In this document: piece by piece, positions 1-11,819 of the stretch
Numbering within the stretch: position 1 is the stretch's first letter
Layout: every line of letters starts with the position of its first letter
Assembly: GCF_001194135.2 (NCBI RefSeq)
Contig: NC_068990.1
Coordinates: forward strand, 69,305,157 to 69,369,156
Length of the DNA: 64,000 nt
Reading direction: 5' to 3'
Source of the DNA: Octopus bimaculoides
Lineage: Eukaryota
Notes under the pieces: model-generated
Seen by the model: only the letters and a program-made list of their open reading frames with translations
Told to the model about the DNA's origin: nothing
The model's database searches: none
Translations under genes and position numbers: made by a program

Positions 1-109
1 AGATAGAGAGACAGAGAGATAGAGAGAGAGAGAAAGAGAGACAGAGAATTTACAAACAACTTCCAGGCGAGTGATACTAACTGAAAGCGCCTTATACCAG
101 ACACTAGAA

Positions 110-1400
110 GGCTTATGGAAGTCATTTGGAGAGAATGCGCACCGTTGCGGAGCCTTCCTCTCTACGGTATTATTGCGCAATGATCCAGTCTCACTGAGAT
201 GAGGCCCGACTTGCTAGATTAATTGGTGACTAGACTCTCCTCAATATTCTCGAAGCCGTTGCTCATTGTCTCTCTTTAACCAAACCCAGTGACTTGCCTC
301 CTCCAGTGTGGCTTGGATATCGCTCGTGATGGTATTTTGCTTTATGCTGAACTAGGCCAAGCGACAACAACTATCACCTCTTACTGCATCCAAGGAATTA
401 TCTATCCCAATATCGATTGAATAATGTCCTGCTTTCAAGCCCGCGTCTTCACATTCATCGAGATTTTCATACCGGTCGATCTTTCGAGTCTGAGCGGCGC
501 CCATGTTATCTTCATCGGGAACCATCAGCTCAACTAGATTTACCATTTTTTCTTCACATCAGATGACAATACTTGGTTTCTTCGTAACTGGTATAGGGAA
601 GAATCTTAGGGATCCTGACAAATCCTCCCTCACCTCCCAACAGCCGTTCTAGATTTTATAGTCCATAGGGATCTTCTTCTTCAAATGGTTCTAATGTCCT
701 GAAAGAAAAGAAGCTGGTGAAATCTCTGGTTTGGTTTCCTCCGTGGTTTCTTGCCACTGTTGATTATAATAATATTGTGCTTTACAGCATTGAAGGTAGA
801 CTTACGTACTAAATTATCTCCAGTTATATTTATCCAACGCCAGTATACAGCTGGAAAGGGTATGTTTCACTGTTCCAACTTTCCGACATCACTCCTTGAT
901 ACCCACTAGTTTTTCTTTTCTTTTCTTTTTTTTTCTTAGGAGAAGGCAAAGATGAGCGAATCAAAAAAAACTTAGTCAAGTTAGGATGATCCTAACTTGT
1001 TTTTTTCTCAGTTATGGCTCTGCCCATCTTGTCATCTGTCCTTTTTGAGAGCATTGAATCAAATGAAGCTTATCTCTCTGCTTCTCTTGCATTGATACTG
1101 TTACTAACAGCAATTCTGCATTCATTGTACATAACAATTGAAACTGGCCTGAAAGGATCTAATCAAAACTCAAGAATCTTCCAATCAACCCGTACAACAC
1201 CCAACGTATCTCGGTGTTTAAGTGAAGATTGGACGTCATCAGTTTCTGCTTCTACTGTCCATTCCGTGGTTGATTTTACATTTGGTGGATTACGTCTTAT
1301 TTCTCTGTCCTTCGACTCTCCTAGTATCATCACTGTTCCTACCTTCACTATTTTATAAATTTCGATGATTGACGTCAACGATAATTGCAATAAACTCTTT
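110..1400 (-). mobile_element. Decayed Hero-clade (R2-superfamily, RLE-type) non-LTR retrotransposon, 3' part plus 3' UTR
   Basis: Minus-strand translation gives, in order: ILGESKDREIRRNPPNVK..WTVEAETDDVQSSLKHRDTLG (post-RT region, ~1160-1330); CRKVGTVKHTLSSCILALDKYNWR (zinc knuckle, ~817-888); KPSIVI*CEEKMVNLVELMVPDEDNM..RKIDRY (ELTVPWE-type RLE motif, ~480-580); QATLEEASHWVWLKRD ending at TGA 241-243. Several stops and frameshifts. Confidence 0.85.
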
Positions 1401-1640
1401 TTGCAATTGAGCTGTTCATTATATGGGGTAAATCTAACCGTTTCCTAGTGAACACGTTACACATTTACTCTATGATTTGAACTAGTAACGATACCAACTC
1501 GTATATGAAAGGCATGATTATAGGCCAAACAGTAGAAACCATATTTTCTACTGAAAACATAAATAGCTTTTCGTCCATTCTCATTCACGACATTGTTGTT
1601 GTTGTTGTTGTTCGTGGTGGTGGTGGTGGTGTTGTCGTTG

Positions 1641-1845
1641 AGGCGGCGAGCTGGCAGAATCGTTAGCGCGCTGGAAGAAATGCTTAGCGGTATTTTGCCC
1701 GTCGCTATCTTCTGAGTTCAAATTCCAACGAGATCGACTTTGCCTTTCATCTTTTTGGGGTCGATACATTAAGTACAAGGGGAGTACTGGAGTCGTTTTA
1801 ATCGACTGAACCTCTTTCCCATAATAGTAGAAAGGACTATTATCA
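1641..1845 (+). mobile_element. tRNA-derived SINE, family A (head GGCGGCGAGCTGGCAGAA; octopus OR/OK-type)
   Basis: A-box-like TGGCAGAATCG, B-box GAGTTCAAATTCC, central GTCGACTTTGCCTTTCATCCTTTCGGGGTCGATAAA-type domain; many other copies in the window. Confidence 0.85.
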
Positions 1846-2059
1846 TTATTATCTATCATCATCATCATCATTATCATCATCACCATCATCATCATTGTAG
1901 TCGTCATCATCATTTTATTTAACTTACAAACTAATAAATCATTTCATCACTCGTTTGATCAATCAATCAGTTTGTTCTACCTTGCATTACTGCCTGCAAC
2001 CTATAGATAATGTGACCTCGTCTGCTCTTCTTAAAAGGAATCGAGTATGTGAGTACGTA

Positions 2060-2090
<31 letters not shown>

Positions 2091-2184
2091 GTGTATACAT
2101 ATTTATATATATACATATATATGCATACATATGTGTATACATATTTATATATATATACATATATATGCATACAGACATAGACGT

Positions 2185-2390
2185 ATGCATATATTCTTTT
2201 ATTCTTTCACTTGTTTCAGTCATTTGACTGTGGCCATGATGGAGCACCGCCTTGACGGGTGGACCCCAGGACTTATTTTACAAGCCTTGTACTAATTCTA
2301 TCAGTCTCTTTTGCTGAACTGCTAATTTACGGGGGACGTTAACACACCAACAGCGGTTGTCAAGCGGTGATGGGGAACATACACACACAC
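2185..2390 (-). mobile_element. SINE family B, 3' half
   Basis: ttttattctttcacttgtttcagtcatttgactgtggccatgatggagcaccgcc matches the tail of the full copy at 10153-10563. Confidence 0.8.
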
Positions 2391-2400
2391 GTATATATAT

Positions 2401-2469
<69 letters not shown>

Positions 2470-3451
2470 NNNNNNNNNNNNNNNNNNNNNNNNNNNNNNN
2501 NNNNNNNNNNNNNNNNNNNNNNNNNNNNNNNNNNNNNNNNNNNNNNNNNNNNNNNNNNNNNNNNNNNNNNNNNNNNNNNNNNNNNNNNNNNNNNNNNNNN
2601 NNNNNNNNNNNNNNNNNNNNNNNNNNNNNNNNNNNNNNNNNNNNNNNNNNNNNNNNNNNNNNNNNNNNNNNNNNNNNNNNNNNNNNNNNNNNNNNNNNNN
2701 NNNNNNNNNNNNNNNNNNNNNNNNNNNNNNNNNNNNNNNNNNNNNNNNNNNNNNNNNNNNNNNNNNNNNNNNNNNNNNNNNNNNNNNNNNNNNNNNNNNN
2801 NNNNNNNNNNNNNNNNNNNNNNNNNNNNNNNNNNNNNNNNNNNNNNNNNNNNNNNNNNNNNNNNNNNNNNNNNNNNNNNNNNNNNNNNNNNNNNNNNNNN
2901 NNNNNNNNNNNNNNNNNNNNNNNNNNNNNNNNNNNNNNNNNNNNNNNNNNNNNNNNNNNNNNNNNNNNNNNNNNNNNNNNNNNNNNNNNNNNNNNNNNNN
3001 NNNNNNNNNNNNNNNNNNNNNNNNNNNNNNNNNNNNNNNNNNNNNNNNNNNNNNNNNNNNNNNNNNNNNNNNNNNNNNNNNNNNNNNNNNNNNNNNNNNN
3101 NNNNNNNNNNNNNNNNNNNNNNNNNNNNNNNNNNNNNNNNNNNNNNNNNNNNNNNNNNNNNNNNNNNNNNNNNNNNNNNNNNNNNNNNNNNNNNNNNNNN
3201 NNNNNNNNNNNNNNNNNNNNNNNNNNNNNNNNNNNNNNNNNNNNNNNNNNNNNNNNNNNNNNNNNNNNNNNNNNNNNNNNNNNNNNNNNNNNNNNNNNNN
3301 NNNNNNNNNNNNNNNNNNNNNNNNNNNNNNNNNNNNNNNNNNNNNNNNNNNNNNNNNNNNNNNNNNNNNNNNNNNNNNNNNNNNNNNNNNNNNNNNNNNN
3401 NNNNNNNNNNNNNNNNNNNNNNNNNNNNNNNNNNNNNNNNNNNNNNNNNNN

Positions 3452-3780
3452 GTTTTGCGTAGAATGTGTGCAGTACCCAGTAGTGCAATTTTCTGTATGT
3501 TATATATATTTGTAAGTCCTGGTGTTTTTGTTATGTATTTGTCTGAATATTTTTTTATTATACCTAAGGCACCTACTATGATAGGAATTGTTTCTGTTTT
3601 TAGATTCCACATTCGAGTTATCTCTATTTCCAGGTCTTTGTATTTTGAAAGTTTTTCCATTTCTTTTAGAGAAACGTTGTCATCTGCTGGTATTGAAACA
3701 TCAATTAGAAGGCATTTTTTTCCTTCATGATCTTTGACAACTATATCTGGTCTATTTGCCTTAATTTCTCTATCTGTTAC
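3452..3780 (-). mobile_element. R4/Dong-clade non-LTR retrotransposon fragment, RLE endonuclease domain
   Basis: Open minus frame VTDREIKANRPDIVVKDHEGKKCLLIDVSIPADDNVSLKEMEKLSKYKDLEIEITRMWNLKTETIPIIVGALG..IQKIALLGTAHILRK contains the RPD..D..EK..KY PD-(D/E)xK core. Runs into a gap at the 3' end and is interrupted by a HINE at 3777. Confidence 0.9.
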
Positions 3781-4010
3781 CTTCGCCTTAGTAAAGTTGG
3801 AGGTATTGTTTTCAGTTGTGTTTGTTTGTTTGTTTGTTTGTTTGTTTGTTTGTCCGTGGACAAGATATCTCAAGAACCGCTGGATGGATTCGAATGAAAC
3901 TTTCAGGGATTTTTGGCCTTGTGACTGGCACGGTTTCATTAGATGTTGGGATCGATCCGGTACCGAACAAGGATTCTGCATTATTTTTCCGATTCTTTTA
4001 ACTTTACATG
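3777..4010 (+). mobile_element. Helentron-associated non-autonomous element (HINE/DINE-1-like), 5' part
   Basis: TTACCTTCGCC...GGAGGT 5' hairpin, (TTTG)n tract, then ctcaagaaccgctggatggattcgaatgaaactttcaggg; homologous to the inverted copy at 4833-5192. Confidence 0.7.
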
Positions 4011-4105
4011 TAAAGTTTCACATCGTTTTCTTGAACACGCACACACATACACAAAATATACTCACACGTTTTCAGCGTTAAACATTACCATCCCATTTCC
4101 ATTGT

Positions 4106-4152
<47 letters not shown>

Positions 4153-4398
4153 CACGCACACGCACGCAAACATACCTCTCTTTTATACACACATATACTC
4201 ACACTTCAAACGCTGTTTATCGGCTTTTTCACTCTCGTTATTCATCTATCCCCGCTTCCTTTCTCATTCATACGACGCTCTCTTTGCCACTTCGTTTCGT
4301 CTTTCTCATTGTCATTACTTCCTCTCAGTCATGGCTATTACTCTCACTAATTCTCCTTCACTTTATTGGTTTTTCATCTCCTCTCCCTTCATCTCTCA

Positions 4399-4448
<50 letters not shown>

Positions 4449-4554
4449 ACTTGGGGATGGTCATATTGCCAGTTTAGCCAATAAAAACACACGCACTGTA
4501 TATTTGGTGTTAATTTGCTTCAGCTTTATATTACATTAATCTTAATCTTATTTC

Positions 4555-4599
4555 GGCCAGAGTTCTTTCGTCACACTTCTGTGACCTCATCAGTGGTCC
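4555..4599 (-). ncRNA. Minimal type I hammerhead ribozyme (Penelope/retrozyme type)
   Basis: Minus strand GGACCA-CTGATGA-G-GTCAC-AGAAGT-GTGAC-GAAA-GAAC-TC-TGGCC: intact core, 5-bp helix II, helix I with one bulge, 1-bp helix III. Confidence 0.75.
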
Positions 4600-4746
4600 T
4601 TTGTTTCCTTCTTTCTTATGTGTGTCTCACGTTGCTAACTATCAGCCATTTTATATTTCACATCANNNNNNNNNNNNNNNNNNNNNNNNNNNNNNNNNNN
4701 NNNNNNNNNNNNNNNNNNNNNNNNNNNNNNNNNNNNNNNNNNNNTA

Positions 4747-4778
<32 letters not shown>

Positions 4779-4832
4779 CTAGCTGACGACGTATAGTTAC
4801 TAATGACGGCAAACTGTAGTATTTTATATACA

Positions 4833-5192
4833 AACAAGAGCACTCAGACAGCGCAAACCTCCGCTAAGGCAACACCAATGTCTTGTCAATGATTAGCCAG
4901 AGATGAATTTTAAAATGAAAATATCTGAAATAAACTCGACTGCTCTCACAAATGAGAATACTAAAAATGAAACCGGCCGTTCTCAAAAATTAAAAGAATC
5001 GCAAAAATAATCCAGAATCTCTGTCCGGATCGATCCCAAAATCTAATCAGTTCGTGCCAGTCCCGAGGCCAAACATCCCTGAGAGTTTCATCCGAATATA
5101 TCCAGCGGTTCTTGAGATGTCTTGACAAAGGACAAACAAACAAACAAACTCGACTGAAAACAATACTTTCGCCTTCGCTAAGGCAGAGGGAA
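4833..5192 (-). mobile_element. Full-length HINE/DINE-1-like element
   Basis: Minus strand begins TTCCCTCTGCCTTAGCGAAGGC, has a (GTTT)n tract and core, and ends CCTTAGCGGAGGTTTGCGCTGTCTGAGTGCTCTTGTT (subterminal repeat plus short stem-loop). Confidence 0.75.
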
Positions 5193-6010
5193 TAAGGTAC
5201 AAAATAAGGTACATAATTATCACACATCAAACATTCAGATACTTCCCTTGTACACGCACACATACATACATACATACATACATACTTACATACATATACT
5301 CACACAGAGTTGAAACGTTGATTTTTTCACCCCTTCCTTCCTTATTCATCTTTCACCCCTTCCTTTCTCTCATTGCTATTACTTTCTCTCACTCCCTCTC
5401 AGTCAGCGTTATTACTCTCACTACTTCTCCTTCTCTGAATTACTGCTTTCTCTCCTCCTCTATGTTCAGAGTGATTCTGAACAAATATATATATATATAT
5501 ATATACAAATATATAAAAACACAACACTCATTATTATATTAGGAGACTTATTTTACTTTTCAGTTTGAGAGCGGTCGGGTTCATTTTTAGTATTCTCGTT
5601 TGTGTCTTCGGCAAGTGTCTTCGGCAAGTGTCTGCTACTATAGCCTCGGGCTATAGATAGATAGATAGATATTGTAATGCTCATGTAATTGCATCTATGA
5701 AGGTATGTATTCTTGGTAGATAGGATGTAACTCTGTATGTGTTTGTGTGTATGTGAGGGAGCGCGTGTGTGTGTGTGTGTGTGTGTGTGTATGTAAAAGC
5801 GTGAAGCTTGGCATCGCTACCAGATAACAGAGAATATAATAGGGAGGGTATTGATGTAGGATATGGTGTCGATAAACAAGAAATAGTTTAGGCGAAATTC
5901 GACAGTTCTAGGTAAACACAAACCTGTATATACTCTTCTTGGTACCAGTCATTATGCACGCCCTCCTCTCTCTCTCTCTCTCTATCTATCTGTCTGGCTG
6001 TCTATCTATC

Positions 6011-6240
6011 TTATTTCTGTATTGCCCACAAGTGGCTAAACACAGAGGGGACAAATAAGGACAGACAAAGGGATTAAGTCGATGACATCGACTCCAGTGC
6101 GTAACTGGTACTTAATTTATCTACCCTGAAAGGATGAAAGGCAAAGTCGACCTCGGCGGAATTTGAACTCAGAACGTAGCGGCAGACGAAATACTGCTAA
6201 GCATTTCGCCCGGCGTACTAACGTTTCTACCAGCTCGTCG
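6011..6240 (-). mobile_element. SINE family A, near full length
   Basis: Reverse complement of the family A sequence including the tail ttatttctgtattgcccacaag; very similar to 44857-45091. Confidence 0.85.
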
Positions 6241-6264
6241 TCTGTCTATCTATCTATCTATCTA

Positions 6265-6303
<39 letters not shown>

Positions 6304-6769
6304 GCCTGGCTGTCTATCTATCTATCTATCTATCTAATTATCTCTTGTATTACATCTGATTACATTTCCGGTNNNNNNNNNNNNNNNNNNNNNNNNNNNN
6401 NNNNNNNNNNNNNNNNNNNNNNNNNNNNNNNNNNNNNNNNNNNNNNNNNNNNNNNNNNNNNNNNNNNNNNNNNNNNNNNNNNNNNNNNNNNNNNNNNNNN
6501 NNNNNNNNNNNNNNNNNNNNNNNNNNNNNNNNNNNNNNNNNNNNNNNNNNNNNNNNNNNNNNNNNNNNNNNNNNNNNNNNNNNNNNNNNNNNNNNNNNNN
6601 NNNNNNNNNNNNNNNNNNNNNNNNNNNNNNNNNNNNNNNNNNNNNNNNNNNNNNNNNNNNNNNNNNNNNNNNNNNNNNNNNNNNNNNNNNNNNNNNNNNN
6701 NNNNNNNNNNNNNNNNNNNNNNNNNNNNNNNNNNNNNNNNNNNNNNNNNNNNNNNNNNNNNNNNNNGTT

Positions 6770-7560
6770 GGCATAATATGAAGCGGTTTTCGGACCTTTA
6801 CAGTCTGTGTTCAAATCGACTTTGCCTTTTATCCTTTCGGAGTCGATAAAATAAGTACCAGTTAGGAATTGGGATCGACTAGTCCCCTACCCAAAAATTT
6901 CAGGCCTTTTTAGTAGAAAGGTTTATTATTTGTAGTAGTATTAAGGCGGCGAGCTGGCAGAATCATTAGCACGCTGGACGAAATTCTTAGCGGTATTTCG
7001 CCTGTCGCTACGTTCTGTGTTCAAATTCCACTAAGGTCGACTTTACCTTTCATCCTTTCGGGGTCGATAAATCAAGTACCAGTTGAACACTGGGTCAAGG
7101 AAATCGACTAGTCCCCCTCACCCAAATTTTCAGGCCTTGTGTCTATAACAGAAAGGATTATTATTCATATCATTAAAGAGGCGAGCTGGAAGAATTGTTA
7201 GCACTCCGGTTTCGTGCATCTTTACGTTCTGAGTTCAAATTCCGCTGAGGTCCACTTTGACTTACATTCTTTCGTGGTCGATAAAATAAAGTAGCAATTG
7301 AGCACTCGAGTCGATGATATCGACTCAGCCAGCCCTCTCCCGCGAAATTGCTCGCTTTGTGCCAAAATTTGAAATCGTCATTATCATCTTCACTACTATC
7401 ATCGTCCTAATGGTGCTGGATTGGTAGAAACATTAGTATAATGGACAAAATTCCTTGTGGTGTTTACTCTGGCTCTTTACATTTTGAGTTCAAATCCCGC
7501 TGAGGTCAATATGACCTTTCATCCTTTTAGGGTCGATATGGTAAAGTACATACAAATACT
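6770..7560 (+). mobile_element. Head-to-tail cluster of four family A SINE copies
   Basis: Copies start at ~6770 (truncated by gap), 6943, 7176 and ~7400; each has a GTTCAAAT B-box and a cctttcatcctt/ggtcgata-type domain. Confidence 0.8.
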
Positions 7561-7907
7561 AAGGGCCAATATAATCAAGTAACCCTAACTCTCTCCCATT
7601 CAAAAACTGCTGACACCTTTGTGTCTAAATTGTTGGTCTTTATCACCCTGTCAAACTTCAATGAAGTTAGAACATGCAGGAACATACACTGCCGCTCCGA
7701 CCGTGACGGTGTCATCAAAATCACCCTTAATATCATATTAAGTCCCCCACATTTGATAGAATTTTTCATTTTTCTTTTTCTCTGTGTATGTTACAGATGT
7801 GTTATAACGTCGAATTTATCTCATGTCCAAATAATACATACATTCAAACATATATACTGACAGACCGACAGGCAAACAGAGTAATGTAGGTAGATAGATT
7901 GATTTAT

Positions 7908-7967
<60 letters not shown>

Positions 7968-9702
7968 NNNNNNNNNNNNNNNNNNNNNNNNNNNNNNNNN
8001 NNNNNNNNNNNNNNNNNNNNNNNNNNNNNNNNNNNNNNNNNNNNNNNNNNNNNNNNNNNNNNNNNNNNNNNNNNNNNNNNNNNNNNNNNNNNNNNNNNNN
8101 NNNNNNNNNNNNNNNNNNNNNNNNNNNNNNNNNNNNNNNNNNNNNNNNNNNNNNNNNNNNNNNNNNNNNNNNNNNNNNNNNNNNNNNNNNNNNNNNNNNN
8201 NNNNNNNNNNNNNNNNNNNNNNNNNNNNNNNNNNNNNNNNNNNNNNNNNNNNNNNNNNNNNNNNNNNNNNNNNNNNNNNNNNNNNNNNNNNNNNNNNNNN
8301 NNNNNNNNNNNNNNNNNNNNNNNNNNNNNNNNNNNNNNNNNNNNNNNNNNNNNNNNNNNNNNNNNNNNNNNNNNNNNNNNNNNNNNNNAAAAAGACAAGT
8401 AATACAAAGAATGACTCTTCATTAGTTGTCGGTTGTTTATCTACTCCCCATTTCGAGCAATCAGCGACAGTATGAGCCTTGGATGACAGCTGCTCCTATA
8501 AATACCAAAATAAAATTTTGGATTTATAGAGGGTCAAAGTTAGAAACAAAAACGGAACAGTGGAGACATACAGGGAACCCGAACGAAAACAAACATGGTG
8601 GGTCGTTGGACCTGAACGAGGGGGAAATAGTGAACGCTGAGAGAAATATTTTCTTTGAAAAGAGAAAAGATAGAAGAGAGAGATAGGAGACGTCCAGTCC
8701 TTAGAACGTCCGTGCAGGAATGAAAGATGGTCATGTGAGGAAAAAAAGATGGATGATGGCCACCTGTGAGCAACGAGAGAGAGAGAAAAAGAGAAAGAGG
8801 GAGAGAGAAAGAGGGAGACAGATAGAAAACGGTGAAAGGGAGAAAAGGGAATAAGAGAGGATATGGGAGAAAACAGTATAGAGTAGAGTCGCATCAAAAA
8901 GGTTAAGATATACTTACTTGCAAATGGATGCGTGGCGTTCAATTAAATAATAATATAAATAATATATAAATATGTATANNNNNNNNNNNNNNNNNNNNNN
9001 NNNNNNNNNNNNNNNNNNNNNNNNNNNNNNNNNNNNNNNNNNNNNNNNNNNNNNNNNNNNNNNNNNNNNNNNNNNNNNNNNNNNNNNNNNNNNNNNNNNN
9101 NNNNNNNNNNNNNNNNNNNNNNNNNNNNNNNNNNNNNNNNNNNNNNNNNNNNNNNNNNNNNNNNNNNNNNNNNNNNNNNNNNNNNNNNNNNNNNNNNNNN
9201 NNNNNNNNNNNNNNNNNNNNNNNNNNNNNNNNNNNNNNNNNNNNNNNNNNNNNNNNNNNNNNNNNNNNNNNNNNNNNNNNNNNNNNNNNNNNNNNNNNNN
9301 NNNNNNNNNNNNNNNNNNNNNNNNNNNNNNNNNNNNNNNNNNNNNNNNNNNNNNNNNNNNNNNNNNNNNNNNNNNNNNNNNNNNNNNNNNNNNNNNNNNN
9401 NNNNNNNNNNNNNNNNNNNNNNNNNNNNNNNNNNNNNNNNNNNNNNNNNNNNNNNNNNNNNNNNNNNNNNNNNNNNNNNNNNNNNNNNNNNNNNNNNNNN
9501 NNNNNNNNNNNNNNNNNNNNNNNNNNNNNNNNNNNNNNNNNNNNNNNNNNNNNNNNNNNNNNNNNNNNNNNNNNNNNNNNNNNNNNNNNNNNNNNNNNNN
9601 NNNNNNNNNNNNNNNNNNNNNNNNNNNNNNNNNNNNNNNNNNNNNNNNNNNNNNNNNNNNNNNNNNNNNNNNNNNNNNNNNNNNNNNNNNNNNNNNNNNN
9701 NN

Positions 9703-9795
9703 AGAAGAAGAAGAAGAAGAAGAAGAAGAAGAAGAAGAAGAAGAAGAAGAAGAAGAAGAAGAAGAAGAAGAAGAAGAAGAAGAAGAAGAAGAAGA
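9703..9795. repeat. (AGA)n microsatellite
   Basis: Perfect trinucleotide run abutting a gap. Many other (TA)n, (CA)n, (CT)n, (GATA)n, (CATA)n and (AAT)n tracts occur throughout, e.g. 15001-15075, 18514-18565, 24803-24857, 34379-34438, 47380-47430. Confidence 0.95.
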
Positions 9796-10152
9796 ATGTG
9801 GGAGTGCCATGATAGTAGTGTGTTAAATGGTCAAGTGTCCTGAAGATGACCTGTTGTGGATGGTAGTAGTGATTGAATTCTTGAAACATCTCTTTTGAAT
9901 GTTTTGTTTAAAATTTACGTAGGTGTTATTCTAAACAGAGACAGAAACAAGCAGTAACTAGGAAAATGCCCCTTGTATTTGAACACTATGCAAATATTCT
10001 TTTAAAAAGACTTTTCGTTCAATTTTTCCAAAATGTAATTGCTTTCTATACTTACAGTTGAAAAAGTCTCAATGACTGAAACCGGTACTGAAATGTTTTT
10101 TATAAAATTATTTTAGTATTTTCTACCTTGACTTTTTTTTCCATATATATAC

Positions 10153-10563
10153 TCTCTTTAATCTTTACTCTTTTACTTGTTTCAGTCATTTGACTGCGGC
10201 CATGCTGGAGCACCGCCTTTAGTCGAGCAAATCGACCCCAGGACGTATTCTTTGTAAGCCTAGTACTTATTCTATCGGTCTCTTTTGCCGAACCGCTAGG
10301 TTACGGGGGCGTAAACACACCGGCATCGGTTGTCAAGCGATGTTGGAGGGACAAACACAGACACACAAACATACACACACACACACATATACATATATAC
10401 GACGGGTTTCTTTCAGTTTCCGTCTACCAAATCCACTCACAAGGCTTTGGTCGGCCCGAGGCTATAGTAGAAGACACTTGCCCAAGGTGCCACGCAGTGG
10501 GACTGAACCCGGAACCATGTGGTTGGTAAGCAAGCTACTTACCACACAGCCACTCCTACGCAT
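10153..10563 (-). mobile_element. SINE family B, full length (tRNA head plus CORE-like domain)
   Basis: Minus strand GGAGTGGCTGTGTGGTAAG (A-box)...GGTTCAGTCCC (B-box)...CCTTGGGCAAGTGTCTTCTACTATAGCCTCGGG (resembles the CORE-SINE motif), internal (TG)n, tail GAAACAAGTAAAAGAG. Confidence 0.9.
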
Positions 10564-10619
10564 ATACAGCCACACGCCACGCATCCATTTCGAAGTAAGT
10601 TTATATGTAAATATATACA

Positions 10620-10860
10620 GGGGTATGTGTCTGTTTGTCTATCTGTCTGTCTTCATGCCTGTGTTTGTCCTGCTCCACCGATTGTCAATCAATGTTGGTG
10701 TGTTTACGTCCCAGTAACTTAGCGGTCCAGTAAAAAGAGATCAATAGAATAAGTATCAGTCGTTTGAAAAAATAAATCCTGGGGTCGATTTGTTCAACTA
10801 AAACCCTTCAAGGCGGTACTCTAGCATGGCTGCAGTGAAATGATTGAAACAAGTAAAAGG
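10620..10860 (+). mobile_element. SINE family B, 3' half
   Basis: gtaacttagcggtcc...ctggggtcgatttgttcaactaaaacccttcaaggcggtactctagcatggc matches the family B tail. Confidence 0.8.
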
Positions 10861-10875
10861 AAAAAACAGAATATT

Positions 10876-11816
10876 CAGGGTACGATGAATAAACTGTCGT
10901 CTAAATTACGCAAAAATGAAAATAACACTTACGGAGATGTATTTGCATAGCAAGTGATCTGATCTGAGATCGTGTGCTGAAACAAAAACAATTGCAGCGT
11001 GAAAGGTCATTTAAAAAACACAAAAACCGTTAGAATCACTTCAACTTTTAAATTTAGCTTGCCAAAATATTTTTCGTCGCTTTGAGACCGCGACCTGATC
11101 ACTGACAAAATTCTGTGCTGACATCTAATGTTAACAGATATATTTACCAAAAGTACATAAAAATATCTTGAAATACTAAAGAGTAAATTTACTCAATAAA
11201 ATCGCCATTGGCTTCAAACACGGCCTCCAGACGACTTTGGAATTTCCTGCAACTCTTCTAGACGGTCACCTTGTTTAGGTTGGTGAATACTGTTATAATC
11301 CTTGCCTTGGTCTCTCATTCAAATGCGCCCCACACGTAATAATCAGGGGGGGGGCAGTCTGGGGAGATAGGTGGCCAGATGTTAGGGGTGATGTGGTTGC
11401 AGAAAATTGTCTGACAGCCATGACTGGATTTTTCTTCTCGTGTGACATGGTGCAGACACTTGCGTAGTTAGTGTGTACCGCCCAGGACAGCCCTTCCATT
11501 CGCCGGATCCCACAAAAAAACACATATTGCTTACAGCAGATCCAAAAGTGCCGCCCGGGGCGAAACGACCCTACAGCCCCCAACCCCAGCTACGCTAGTG
11601 CTCTCGATACATGTTCATATTGGTACATGTTCGTACTGAAGCTTTCGGCGCGAATGCTGAGCAGTACAGCATATTTCAAAATTTCTGGAAGAGTAAATTG
11701 CGTCATGGTGCTGTTTTTCTCATTGACCCTCTTATAATGTGTAGTTGACAAAATCAAAAACAAACAATGCGCGAAATTAAAAATACAAAATGGTGACGAT
11801 TTACCATCGCACCCTG
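10876..11816 (-). mobile_element. Internally deleted Tc1/mariner element, maT/DD37D-like
   Basis: Termini CAGGGTACGATG (10876) and reverse-complement CAGGGTGCGATG (11816). Minus frames give HTRRKIQSWLSDNF / CNHITPNIWPPISPDCPPLDYYVWGAFE / KSCRKFQSRLEAVFEANGDFIE* (~11190-11450). A second copy of one terminus is at 62939. Confidence 0.8.
11471..11600 (+). repeat. Dispersed GC-rich repeat with two (G/A)CCGCCC(G/A)GG motifs, inserted in the maT-like element
   Basis: Aligns with 54646-54765 (gtgtgt.ccgccc.gg...ccgga.cccacaaaaaacacatatt...ccaaaa.tgccgcccggggc). Family unknown. Confidence 0.6.
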
Positions 11817-11819
11817 TGT

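Noticed and set aside
1014-1358. 114-aa plus-strand ORF with a hydrophobic stretch
   Set aside because: It is the antisense shadow of the Hero retrotransposon frame.
6770-7560. CRISPR-like or regularly spaced repeat array
   Set aside because: The units are ~200-bp diverged SINE copies in a eukaryotic context, with no constant repeat-spacer structure.
8445-8475. Hammerhead look-alike on the minus strand (CTGATTGCTCGAAA)
   Set aside because: Helix II is missing and helix I has no partner. Similar CTGANGA hits at ~43393, ~43670 and ~55205 also fail to form helices I and III.
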